Source: Clostridia bacterium
Lineage (GTDB): Bacteria; Bacillota; Clostridia; Christensenellales; UBA1242
Length of the DNA stretch: 64,000 bases
Assembly: GCA_900767835.1 (NCBI GenBank)
Contig: CAAGAO010000030.1
Location: 26,766-90,765, forward strand
Direction of reading: 5' to 3'
In this document: piece after piece, positions 18,887 through 28,085 of the stretch
How the letters are laid out: every line of letters begins with the position of its first letter
Numbering within the stretch: the stretch's first letter is position 1
Translations under genes and position numbers: made by a program
Notes under the pieces: model-generated
What the model saw: only the letters and a program-made list of their open reading frames with translations
Told to the model about the DNA's origin: nothing
The model's database searches: none

Positions 18887-21586
18887 ATGACACTTGGTAT
18901 AGTTCAAACAATTTGGAACGCATTTTTTGATTTGATTAGTTCCACTTTAACCTTAGACATTATTTTTTATATTGGCGTAGGTTTTTTACTTTTAATGTCG
19001 CTATTCTTCTTCATAAAGGCTCGCACCTCTTATGAATACAAACTCGACAAAACAGCCGATAGGCTTAATGATTGGCTTTATAGACATCAAACTATAACAG
19101 ACCAAAACCTTGTTGAATTTAATAATATTATTAAAGACCGCAAATCTCCAAAAATATTACGCAAATATTGGCAACAATATATGTTATATCGTGACAAGGC
19201 TCCAAGCGAATATATGAGCACATATAATTGTATAGACAAACCTTTAAAAACAAGCAGTTTTACATCAAGTATTAAAAACTTTTCTATGATTTATAAAATA
19301 ACTGCACTTGTTACATTCTTCTTGTCTATGTTTTGTTTTGCAAGTCGTAACGACACAATTTTAACATATGTAACTCAATCTATGGTTGCATCTATTGTTA
19401 TTTTATTCCTTGGTGTAGTTTTAACTCTTGCCTTAAGAGCAATGCAAAACTATAATCTTGCAACCTTGTATCAATCATTCAATGTATTTGCAAGATATAT
19501 TGACAAGGCAAGCACATCTATTCCTAAATATGTTGATTTTGAAATTCTATTTACAAAACAAGAAATTAATGATGGTATCCCAATTTTAGGCGAATACTTA
19601 GAAAAACGTGCTCGCCAAGAACAAGAAGAATTGGAAGAAGCACAAAGAAATGCTGTTGCACACGAAGAATATGATTTTTCTACCTCTGGTATTGATGGTT
19701 CACTTGTGTTAGAACGTGCTATGAAAGAGTCCGAAACTTATCTTAATATTAAACAAAGACTTCTTACCGAAATTCAACAATTTGAATCTGAAATTGCAAC
19801 TTTAAAGAAAAATTACGAAAATACTTCAAAAGACTATCAACGTAAACTTCAAGCATCTAAAGAAAATATGGAAAGACTTCGTCAACAACAAGAAGAATCC
19901 ACCAATCGTATTGAAGTTAACTATATTAGAAAACAACAACAAGACGAAGTAAAAAAGCAAGAGCAATTAGAAAAAGACCAAGAAGATGCAACAAACAAAT
20001 TTAATGCTGAAATTAACTCATTAAATGTTGAAATTGAAAAACGTAGAGCTGAACTTGAAAGCAAGAAAAAGGGTGTTCAAGAAGCAATGCTTAACGAATA
20101 TCAAACATTCTCTACAAAACTTCACAAGAATATTTCAGACGAAGTCGAAAAAAGCAAAAACGAAAGCATACAACAAGTTAATATTGAAAAAGAACAATAT
20201 GCTCAAGCAATTACTTATCTTAAAAATGAAGTTGATAAGAGCAACGAATTGATTAAATCTAAAGACCAAACCATTGCAGAACTTGCAACTAAACTTCAAG
20301 AATATCTAGGCGGTAAATATGCCGAACAACAAACCGAAAAAACTGACGAAGAAGTAACCAATATCGAAACCGTAGATAAAACCCAAGAACAACCAGCAGA
20401 ACAAGAGCCAGTACAAGAGCAAGAAATTGAACAAACTCAAGAACAAGCAACTGAAGACGAAGAAGAAATGCAAGGTCATTATGACAAAAACGGATATTAC
20501 TGGTTTAATAATGGAACATATTACGACAACAATAATTTATATCACGACTTAGAAGGTAATGTTTTTGATGCTGACGGCAATGTTGTTGAAACTGGAATGC
20601 CAGTGGAAAAAGAAACTGAAGAAAATGCTCAAAAAGAACAAGAAGAAATAAAAGAAGAACCACAAGAAGAGCCACAAGAAGAAATAAAAGAAGAACCACA
20701 AGAAGAGCCACAAGAAGAAATAAAAGAAGGACCACAAGAAGAGCCACAAGAAGAAACTAAGGCTGTAGAAGTAGAAGAAGAAAATATCGTAGAAAATTCA
20801 AAACAAGTTGACTCAGCAGCCGAAGAGCCAGAAAAGAAACCTGAAGAACAGGAAGTGGAAGAAGAACAACCTACCGAGCAAACCAAAGAAGAAAAACAAA
20901 ACGAACAAACTCAAGAAAATGCTCCTTTAGAAGAGGGACAACCTGTTGAAGCAAAAGAACCAGTTGATGGTAAAAAAGATTTAAGCGGTAACTTTACTTA
21001 CGAAGATGGCACTTATTACGATAAAGACAACTTATACCATAACAAAGACGGCAAAGTATTTAACACTGAAGGTGTGGAAGTTAAACTAGAAGAAAAGCAA
21101 GCTGAAAATAAAGAAGAACAACCAACAGAAGAAAAACCAAAACGCAAAGCAGGACGCCCTAGAAAAGAGAACATTGAAGGTGTAGAGGACAAGCCTAAAC
21201 GCAAAGTAGGCAGACCTAAAAAAGAAAAGACTGAGGTTGTAGAGGACAAACCTAAACGTAAAGCCGGTCGTCCTAAAAAAGAAAAGACTGAAGTTGTAGA
21301 GGACAAACCTAAACGCAAAGCTGGTCGTCCTAAAAAAGTCAAAGAGGAAGTTGTAGAAGAAAAACCAAAACGCAAAGTTGGCAGACCTAAAAAAGCAATA
21401 ACCGAAAAACAACCAAACACAAAACGCAAAGTTGGCAGACCTAAAAAAGAACAACCAGCAGAAGAAAAACCAAAACGCAAAGCAGGACGTCCTAAAAAAA
21501 CCGACGTTAATGACCAAAGTGCAAAACTTTTACAACAATTAGGTCAATCATTATTAAATATAACTGCTAATAACAATAACGAGTAG
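18887..21586 (+). CDS. Membrane-anchored coiled-coil protein with an acidic repeat tract and a C-terminal array of seven AT-hook repeats
   Basis: GAGGAG RBS. Three predicted TM helices lie in the first ~190 aa. A long heptad-rich E/K/Q region follows. EEPQEEPQEEIK occurs three times. KRK(A/V)GRP(K/R)K occurs seven times. Confidence 0.75.
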   Translation: MTLGIVQTIWNAFFDLISSTLTLDIIFYIGVGFLLLMSLFFFIKARTSYEYKLDKTADRLNDWLYRHQTITDQNLVEFNNIIKDRKSPKILRKYWQQYMLYRDKAPSEYMSTYNCIDKPLKTSSFTSSIKNFSMIYKITALVTFFLSMFCFASRNDTILTYVTQSMVASIVILFLGVVLTLALRAMQNYNLATLYQSFNVFARYIDKASTSIPKYVDFEILFTKQEINDGIPILGEYLEKRARQEQEELEEAQRNAVAHEEYDFSTSGIDGSLVLERAMKESETYLNIKQRLLTEIQQFESEIATLKKNYENTSKDYQRKLQASKENMERLRQQQEESTNRIEVNYIRKQQQDEVKKQEQLEKDQEDATNKFNAEINSLNVEIEKRRAELESKKKGVQEAMLNEYQTFSTKLHKNISDEVEKSKNESIQQVNIEKEQYAQAITYLKNEVDKSNELIKSKDQTIAELATKLQEYLGGKYAEQQTEKTDEEVTNIETVDKTQEQPAEQEPVQEQEIEQTQEQATEDEEEMQGHYDKNGYYWFNNGTYYDNNNLYHDLEGNVFDADGNVVETGMPVEKETEENAQKEQEEIKEEPQEEPQEEIKEEPQEEPQEEIKEGPQEEPQEETKAVEVEEENIVENSKQVDSAAEEPEKKPEEQEVEEEQPTEQTKEEKQNEQTQENAPLEEGQPVEAKEPVDGKKDLSGNFTYEDGTYYDKDNLYHNKDGKVFNTEGVEVKLEEKQAENKEEQPTEEKPKRKAGRPRKENIEGVEDKPKRKVGRPKKEKTEVVEDKPKRKAGRPKKEKTEVVEDKPKRKAGRPKKVKEEVVEEKPKRKVGRPKKAITEKQPNTKRKVGRPKKEQPAEEKPKRKAGRPKKTDVNDQSAKLLQQLGQSLLNITANNNNE
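21131..21500 (+). repeat. In-frame tandem repeats (~60 bp in the regular central copies) encoding the AT-hook array
   Basis: Units such as gaggacaaacctaaacg(t/c)aaagc(c/t)ggtcgtcctaaaaaagaaaagactga(a/g)gttgta are repeated near-identically. Confidence 0.85.
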
Positions 21587-21604
21587 TTTAACATATTAGA
21601 AAAG

Positions 21605-21646
21605 CTGTAAAGAAGTTTAATTTTAAATAATTTCTTTACAGTTTTT
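21605..21646 (+). terminator. Intrinsic terminator after the 899-aa gene
   Basis: 10-bp stem ctgtaaagaa/ttctttacag followed by TTTTT. Confidence 0.7.
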
Positions 21647-22191
21647 CTTTAAATATCAAGCAAAACCAACAATGTAATGTTACAATATAATCAAAATAAA
21701 TTTTACACAGCATAAACTATTTAATACTTAAAAATGCTATATATAAAAATACAAAAATCAATATCATTTTACTACAATGTGTTAAATAATTTAATTGTTA
21801 CAAGAAGTAAATATGAATAAAATATGTCAAAGTTGCGTTATGATAATTATAGAAAATGAGTAATAAAACATAAACTAAGATATAATTATAAATAACGATT
21901 ATTACAAAATAACGATTATTACAAATATTGTTATAATAATGCCAAAAATATTGATAAATAGATAATAATACATACATTGAAATATGTTCACGATATGGCT
22001 ATCAAGTAAATATGCCCAATGACGAAATGAAAGTATCTTGCACAAAATTATAACCAACTTTAAAAAGATGGGCAAAACCAAAATAAAAAATAATAATTTC
22101 AAAATCAATCTAACATAATTAACTATTATTAAGATTGATTTTATTTACTTTTAGTGTTATACTAAAACTACAATTATTAAAGGAGGTTGCA

Positions 22192-23421
22192 ATGGACGAA
22201 TTTGATAATGAATCAAATCAGCAAGCCGAAAAAATGGGTAGTAAACTCAAACAAACCGCAAAAAAGGCTGGAAACAAAGTAAAAAGTGCAGTAGCCAACT
22301 CTGCAAGAGTCGCCACAAAAGTAATGAAAAATCCACTCTTTTGGAAAGCACTTTTAATTGTTGGTTGCATTTTTCTTGCAGTATTCTTTATTATCGTTAT
22401 AATTGAGGTGATTGCAAGTGCCTTTTCATTTAATCCATTCAACCCAGTTAATGGCACTTTGAGGTCTGTTTTTGGTATTCAAAGCGACAAATTTTATGGT
22501 GCTAGAATGATATATGAAGATGACGAAACTGCCAACGCAGAAATTAAAGATATCTATCTTAAATTTACACAAAACATAATAATTGACATCAATAACGATG
22601 ATGCAAAAGTTAGTATAGATACAACAACTCACAACAATAATCAAATTACAATTTTGGTCACAAATTTTGCAAAACAATTAGCCCTAAACACAAATCCAAC
22701 CGCAAATGTAAACACTTTAGATGACAGTTTAAATATAATCACACATTACGGGTTTAATGACTCTGAGGCAAGTATAGTGTTTAACTCTATTGCAAGCGAC
22801 ATAAAAGATAACGGACTTACAACAACAGAAAAAACAGAATTAACCGAAAAAATGCAAAATGCATATTCAAATGAAAAGTATTCAATAATTAAAAAAATAT
22901 TGCCAAAAATAACAATTAAAGATAAGTTATTTACAGGAAATAACACTGAACTTGAAGAACTCACTAGAGAAAAATATTTAGGCTATGTATTTATGCCAAA
23001 AGATAATGTAACTTTTAAAACTTTATCTTTTAGATTTGTTGTAACTCAAGACCACACCGCTGAAGTCGAATTAAAACATTACACACAAAGCGGAATACAA
23101 ACAATAAAAGAAAAAACAACAGTAGACAATTCTTGGTACAATGTCGACACCGAAGAATTTACCGATTATGAAGTAACTAATCTTAGTGAAAATGTAACAC
23201 CATTTACAGCAATAAACACCGCGAATATTCAGGAACTTGCTGACGGTGTAAGTATTTATTACTTGCTTGCAAATAACCTATATAGCACTTATTTTAAGGC
23301 TTTTGAAGGCGAATATACGGGGCAAAATTTATTAGAAAATATCAACTCCGACAATTATATTTACTTGCAATGTTCGAATGACGGAGCCTTTAATTTAGCC
23401 GAATATGTTACCGAATATTAA
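22192..23421 (+). CDS. Bitopic membrane protein of unknown function (about 60-aa basic N-terminus, one TM, about 330-aa C-terminal domain)
   Basis: An AGGAGG RBS lies 6 nt before the ATG at 22192. The TM segment is LFWKALLIVGCIFLAVFFIIVIIEVIASAF. Confidence 0.65.
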   Translation: MDEFDNESNQQAEKMGSKLKQTAKKAGNKVKSAVANSARVATKVMKNPLFWKALLIVGCIFLAVFFIIVIIEVIASAFSFNPFNPVNGTLRSVFGIQSDKFYGARMIYEDDETANAEIKDIYLKFTQNIIIDINNDDAKVSIDTTTHNNNQITILVTNFAKQLALNTNPTANVNTLDDSLNIITHYGFNDSEASIVFNSIASDIKDNGLTTTEKTELTEKMQNAYSNEKYSIIKKILPKITIKDKLFTGNNTELEELTREKYLGYVFMPKDNVTFKTLSFRFVVTQDHTAEVELKHYTQSGIQTIKEKTTVDNSWYNVDTEEFTDYEVTNLSENVTPFTAINTANIQELADGVSIYYLLANNLYSTYFKAFEGEYTGQNLLENINSDNYIYLQCSNDGAFNLAEYVTEY

Positions 23422-23430
23422 TTTTATGTA

Positions 23431-23478
23431 AAAAATAAAAAATATGATTTAACCTTGAAAGGTTAAATCATATTTTTT
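23431..23478. terminator. Bidirectional terminator between convergent genes
   Basis: 13-bp stem atatgatttaacc/ggttaaatcatat flanked by an A-run and a T-run. Confidence 0.75.
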
Positions 23479-23537
23479 GTAAATAAACCATAACATTAAA
23501 TAGGTAAGTATCAAATGCAAACTATTTGCATTTTTAA

Positions 23538-25823
23538 TTATTTAATTTTGTTTTTATTCATTATGTCTTTTATTTGGTCTGAAAGTGGAAGAACAGATGC
23601 AACATTTCCAATATTGCCAGATGCTCTTTTAATTTCACCGTCAGCATGTTTAACTACGCCACCAGCAGCCCTTGCAATTCTTTGCTTAGTTTTACTACTT
23701 TCAAGTTTCTTGTTAAGTCTTTCAACTTCTTTCTTATTGTCTTCAAAGGCTTTATCTCTAGCAGTTTTAAGTTTTGATTGTTCTTCTTTAACTGCTTTAA
23801 TTTTAGCGTCTGCAGATGTCCTTCTTTCATCAAGACCTGTTTGCCCTTGACGGAACATAGATGCAAGTTGTGCTTTTCTTGCTTCATTTTCGGTATTAGA
23901 AAGACTTGTATCATATTTGTAATAACTATCCATTTTCTTAGCATCATCTTTTGCATACATTTCATCAAGTACTTGTTTTCTAAATGCTGAATCATTTTTA
24001 ACTTTATCTTGGAAATCCATAACTTCTTGAGATGAATTCTTCTTGCCAACAAAATGCGATTTTTTATATGCTTTAATCATTGCATTATCATTATCTTGAG
24101 TACGAGCAGTAAAGCCTCCAGTTGCATTTGTAAATTCATTAAATGATGCTTGGTCAGCATTAATTGAATCTAGTTCGCTTTGATTTGTAGCCATTTGATT
24201 TGCCCAAGATTCTTCTTGTGCATCAAACTCTTTAGTCTGCTTATCGTAATCTTTACCAGTTTGATTAATCTTCTTATTAATACGGTCTCTTTGTGATGCA
24301 GAATGTGCTCTTGCCATAAAGCCAGCAGCCTTTCCAATACCTCTAGCAGGAAGAGTAATAGGCATTGCGGCAAGACGAGCAGCACTTAGGGTTGTGTTTA
24401 CACCTTTTGCAAAATTACCAGATATTGCATCTGCAGTTTTACCCACTGCTTCATAATTTCCTGAATCTCCAGTGAATAATTTAGCAAATGCTTTGTTTAA
24501 TGAGTCTACCGCATTAAAGGCAGCCATTAAGAAGAATGTTGTTATAATATAATCAATGAATGGAATATTGAATAATTTGATTGTTTGCCAAATTGCAATA
24601 ATAGGAGAAACTAAGTTTAATGTTCCAACCATTATAGAAAGCAATATAAATTTGGTTATAAACATTCCCCTCCAAGACTCTAACGACTTACCACCATCAA
24701 GTGGCATAAGGGAAGTAGAAATTGGAGCAACAACAAACAAACCAATAACTTCGAAGAATCTTTGCATTAAATATAGTACAAAACTAAAATACAATTTACC
24801 AATAGTCATGGTTGCAATAAATGCAATTATGTAATTAAATGTCCACAAATCGTAGAAGTAATAAACCGCATTAACATTATATTTACTTAAACTACTAATA
24901 TTGTTATATTGCCAAGTTCCAATTGTAATAAAATCACAATCTGGATAAAATTCTTTTATTATATTCTTATTTAACGAAGTTGTATCTTTTAGTTTAGCAT
25001 TTATAGCAAAACCAGTGTCAATTATATCTCCAGCAGAATTTGCGTCATTAAAGTTACCTAAGAAGCCTAAAGTGTTATCATTTTTTAACACTTTATAATA
25101 TTCCTCATTGTTTCTAATTCTATTACACCCATACGCACACGCTTTAAACACAATTCCACTAAAAGGCTCTGTAGTAGTAGGAATATGTAGACCAAAAATT
25201 TCATAAGCCATATAGGAATCTTGTTTGTTTTTTAATACATCTTCATTAAAAGCAGCAGAACCAGAGTTACTATCTTCTACCGCATTCCATTGTGCATAAT
25301 AAGTAGAGACCTCAGATTGTGTAGATGTAGGCTGAGTTGTGACGGTATTTACAACACCAACCAAAGCATTAAATAAGAACATACCTACTAAGCAAGAAAC
25401 CGGAACAATTGCAAAAGAGAAAATTGCTTTAAAGAAATTCTTAACAACTCCCGATTTAGAATTTCCTTTTTCTTTGTCTGGGTTATATTCTAATCTTAAA
25501 AGTGCAATTATCGAAGTGATAATCAACATAAACACGCCTAAGATAATTAGTGACCAAAATATAGTCTTTATTGCAGGATATTTAGAACTAAACAAAGCAT
25601 CGATAATTATTTTATAAACCGAATCCCCAACATATGGGTCTGTCTCACCAACAATTGTAATAGATTCAAGTCCTGCTAGTTTTCTAAATGCTAGTTGACA
25701 TAAGTCAATTACTGATAACACACACGACACAATAAAGTAAAGAAATTTAGGCATAATTGTCAACAAACTCTTTATAGCATCCATAATTGCGTCGCCAACT
25801 GCCCCCAAAAGCATTGCGTTCAT
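23538..25823 (-). CDS. Large polytopic membrane protein with a charged, coiled-coil C-terminal third (VirB6/TcpH/Orf15-like architecture)
   Basis: At least 6 hydrophobic helices lie in the first ~450 aa, with a ~200-aa loop. The C-terminal ~300 aa is K/E/Q-rich. An AAGGAG RBS precedes the ATG at 25823, whereas the track start at 25880 lacks an RBS. Confidence 0.6.
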   Translation of the reverse strand: MNAMLLGAVGDAIMDAIKSLLTIMPKFLYFIVSCVLSVIDLCQLAFRKLAGLESITIVGETDPYVGDSVYKIIIDALFSSKYPAIKTIFWSLIILGVFMLIITSIIALLRLEYNPDKEKGNSKSGVVKNFFKAIFSFAIVPVSCLVGMFLFNALVGVVNTVTTQPTSTQSEVSTYYAQWNAVEDSNSGSAAFNEDVLKNKQDSYMAYEIFGLHIPTTTEPFSGIVFKACAYGCNRIRNNEEYYKVLKNDNTLGFLGNFNDANSAGDIIDTGFAINAKLKDTTSLNKNIIKEFYPDCDFITIGTWQYNNISSLSKYNVNAVYYFYDLWTFNYIIAFIATMTIGKLYFSFVLYLMQRFFEVIGLFVVAPISTSLMPLDGGKSLESWRGMFITKFILLSIMVGTLNLVSPIIAIWQTIKLFNIPFIDYIITTFFLMAAFNAVDSLNKAFAKLFTGDSGNYEAVGKTADAISGNFAKGVNTTLSAARLAAMPITLPARGIGKAAGFMARAHSASQRDRINKKINQTGKDYDKQTKEFDAQEESWANQMATNQSELDSINADQASFNEFTNATGGFTARTQDNDNAMIKAYKKSHFVGKKNSSQEVMDFQDKVKNDSAFRKQVLDEMYAKDDAKKMDSYYKYDTSLSNTENEARKAQLASMFRQGQTGLDERRTSADAKIKAVKEEQSKLKTARDKAFEDNKKEVERLNKKLESSKTKQRIARAAGGVVKHADGEIKRASGNIGNVASVLPLSDQIKDIMNKNKIK

Positions 25824-26119
25824 AATTAGAAATCTCCTTTTTATACTTTTAGTATACCAAAAACCAATAAATTTGTACATAGTTTTTTGTAAAATAATTA
25901 AATAATATTTAATTAATATTTCTACGCTTAGTTGAAAAGCAGTTAAATGCTAAACATTTTAAAATGGAATAAGCATAAACTAAAATCAATGCTTAATAAA
26001 AACATTTCGTAAAATAGTATTAAATAATTTAAAAGTCTTAGTATTCATAAACTTAAGAAACCATAGTTAAAATTATAAAAAATAAGGCATGTTTAACTTT
26101 TTCATTTTCTTGATATTAC

Positions 26120-26150
26120 AAAAAAGACCTTTGATTTAAAGGTCTTTTTA
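26120..26150 (-). terminator. Hairpin terminator between the 117-aa and the polytopic-protein genes
   Basis: Stem agaccttt/aaaggtct with flanking A- and T-runs. Confidence 0.55.
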
Positions 26151-26176
26151 CTTACTACTAATTTGATTGTTTATAA

Positions 26177-26530
26177 TTATTCAGCAGCAGGAATCCAACG
26201 TGGTAACATAGTTCCAACAAATAATTTCAACAACAATACTAAGCCTACAGAAATTGCCATACCGATTAAAACATTGATAACGCGTTTTTTTGCTTCTTCG
26301 CGTTTTTCAGTAGAATCTGCTCTTGCCATTTGAACACCTAAAACAATAGAATAAATTGTTCCAGCAGCGGCAACTAAAATAACTAGTGGCCAAGTTGCAG
26401 CATTGATAACATCAGTAATATCATATACCCAGTTAAAATCGCCCAAATCTTTTTCATCACCAGTAGGATCACGAAGTGGGACAATATATTTTGCCATAAA
26501 TGTACAAACCTTTGCTAAAATTAAATTCAT
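26177..26530 (-). CDS. Small two-TM membrane protein (pilin-like / VirB2-TcpE-like topology)
   Basis: GGAGG RBS. Two hydrophobic helices (WPLVILVAAAGTIYSIVLGV and VINVLIGMAISVGLVLLLKLFVG) are separated by the charged loop ARADSTEKREEAKKR. Confidence 0.5.
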   Translation of the reverse strand: MNLILAKVCTFMAKYIVPLRDPTGDEKDLGDFNWVYDITDVINAATWPLVILVAAAGTIYSIVLGVQMARADSTEKREEAKKRVINVLIGMAISVGLVLLLKLFVGTMLPRWIPAAE

Positions 26531-26933
26531 AATAAACCTCCAAATTATTTAATTTTATCTTTTGCAGAAATATTTTTAATATTCCCACTAAATTGTTTAC
26601 ATTCATATATTATCATATTATTTTTTTAAATGCAAAACAATTTTTAATATTTTTCAATATTTTTTTAAAAATATTTATTTTTTTATTTTTCTATGCTAAT
26701 TAAAACTTATTTTTTACTAAAATATGTAGCATAATTATTAAATTATTAATAAATAATAATATATCATAAATTAAATCATTCATTTTTATTTTTAAATATT
26801 GAATCTTTACGCGAATTTAATTTCAAAATATCTAGTTTTTGCGTTTTACAGTAATTATCAACCATTAGACTTAAAAAATATTTGTTTATTATTTTAATAT
26901 ATGTTATCATTTTACCAAAAGAAGGTAATAACT

Positions 26934-27920
26934 ATGACAAAAACAACGGCAAAAAAAAGAATAATTTCAACTTGTTCAATTATACTAATATTATTATTAC
27001 TTATAGGAGTTGTCCTTATTTATTATTTTGGAAAAAGATATGATTTTTATAATTATTCAACCGCCGAAGTTCAAATACCAGGACTTCAAGACGGATTCAT
27101 TCCCCAAGGGCTATGCAACATAGATAACACTAACGGGTATTTAATTAGCGGATATATGAAAGATAGCCAAAAAAATTCTCGCATATATTATGTAAACAAA
27201 GACGGCACTTGCAAATATATCACAATTGACACTCTTGACACCAATTTGAATAAAGGACATTTCGGGGGAGTGGCTATGTACGAAAATATGGTATGGCTTG
27301 TATCTGATGGATACTTATTCAATTTTACTTTAGAAAATATTGTAAACGCAGAAAATTCAACAACCATTACCGCAATAAGTATTTTTAATACTCAAATAAA
27401 CACTGACTTTTGCTATGCCAAAGACGGGCTATTATATATTGGCGAATTTTACAAAGCAAAAAAATACGAAGTTGATAAAGCGCACTATGTAAAAATAAGT
27501 GACACCGAAATAAACCACGGAATTACGCTTTGTTATAATATAGACACCAACAAGGAAAATGGACTAGCAAGTACAAAACCAATAAAAGCAATTTCAGTTC
27601 CAGACCAAGCACAAGGAATGTGCATAACTGATAGTGGCAAATATGTAATATCAACATCTTACTCTTTACCTGATTCTCAAATTTATGTTTACAGTACACC
27701 AGAAATAGCCAAAAACAAAATAACAATAAATGGTAATGAATTAGATTTATTTGTCTTGTCAAATGACATTTTAGAAAAAAACATTGTCGCACCTTGTATG
27801 AGCGAGGGTATAGATTACGAAAACGGCAGAGTCCATATTCTTTTTGAAAACGCTTGCAAAAAATACAAATTTTTCACTAGGGTAAGAGAAAAAAACGTAC
27901 AAAGCGTAGAAGTAAAATAG
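26934..27920 (+). CDS. N-terminally anchored extracytoplasmic protein of unknown function
   Basis: A single N-terminal TM (IISTCSIILILLLLIGVVLIYYF) is followed by a ~300-aa domain rich in G, Y, N and T. Confidence 0.55.
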   Translation: MTKTTAKKRIISTCSIILILLLLIGVVLIYYFGKRYDFYNYSTAEVQIPGLQDGFIPQGLCNIDNTNGYLISGYMKDSQKNSRIYYVNKDGTCKYITIDTLDTNLNKGHFGGVAMYENMVWLVSDGYLFNFTLENIVNAENSTTITAISIFNTQINTDFCYAKDGLLYIGEFYKAKKYEVDKAHYVKISDTEINHGITLCYNIDTNKENGLASTKPIKAISVPDQAQGMCITDSGKYVISTSYSLPDSQIYVYSTPEIAKNKITINGNELDLFVLSNDILEKNIVAPCMSEGIDYENGRVHILFENACKKYKFFTRVREKNVQSVEVK

Positions 27921-28032
27921 AGTTTTAAAAATTTTCTTTAATAAATGTTTAGAATTAAAAAAATAAAACAATAATCTTATCTGTCAACTTCCCAAATAAA
28001 AAAATTTTGTTCGAGTTGTTTTATTATTACTT

Positions 28033-28062
28033 AAAAAAAGTCGCAACCATATGCGACTTTTA
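28033..28062. terminator. Bidirectional terminator
   Basis: Stem agtcgca/tgcgact, with an A-run before it and a T-run after it. Confidence 0.6.
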
Positions 28063-28085
28063 TATTTACAGACAAACTTTAATAT

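Noticed and set aside
20505-21517. Minus-strand ORFs 20505-20886 and 21016-21517 (L/F/S-rich proteins)
   Set aside because: They lie antisense to the acidic and AT-hook tandem repeats of the 899-aa gene. Repeats keep the antisense frames open by construction. None has an RBS.
23515-25617. Several 70-130 aa ORFs on both strands inside 23538-25823
   Set aside because: They are nested within the long polytopic-protein ORF. They have no RBS, and their composition is typical of off-frame translation of an AT-rich gene.
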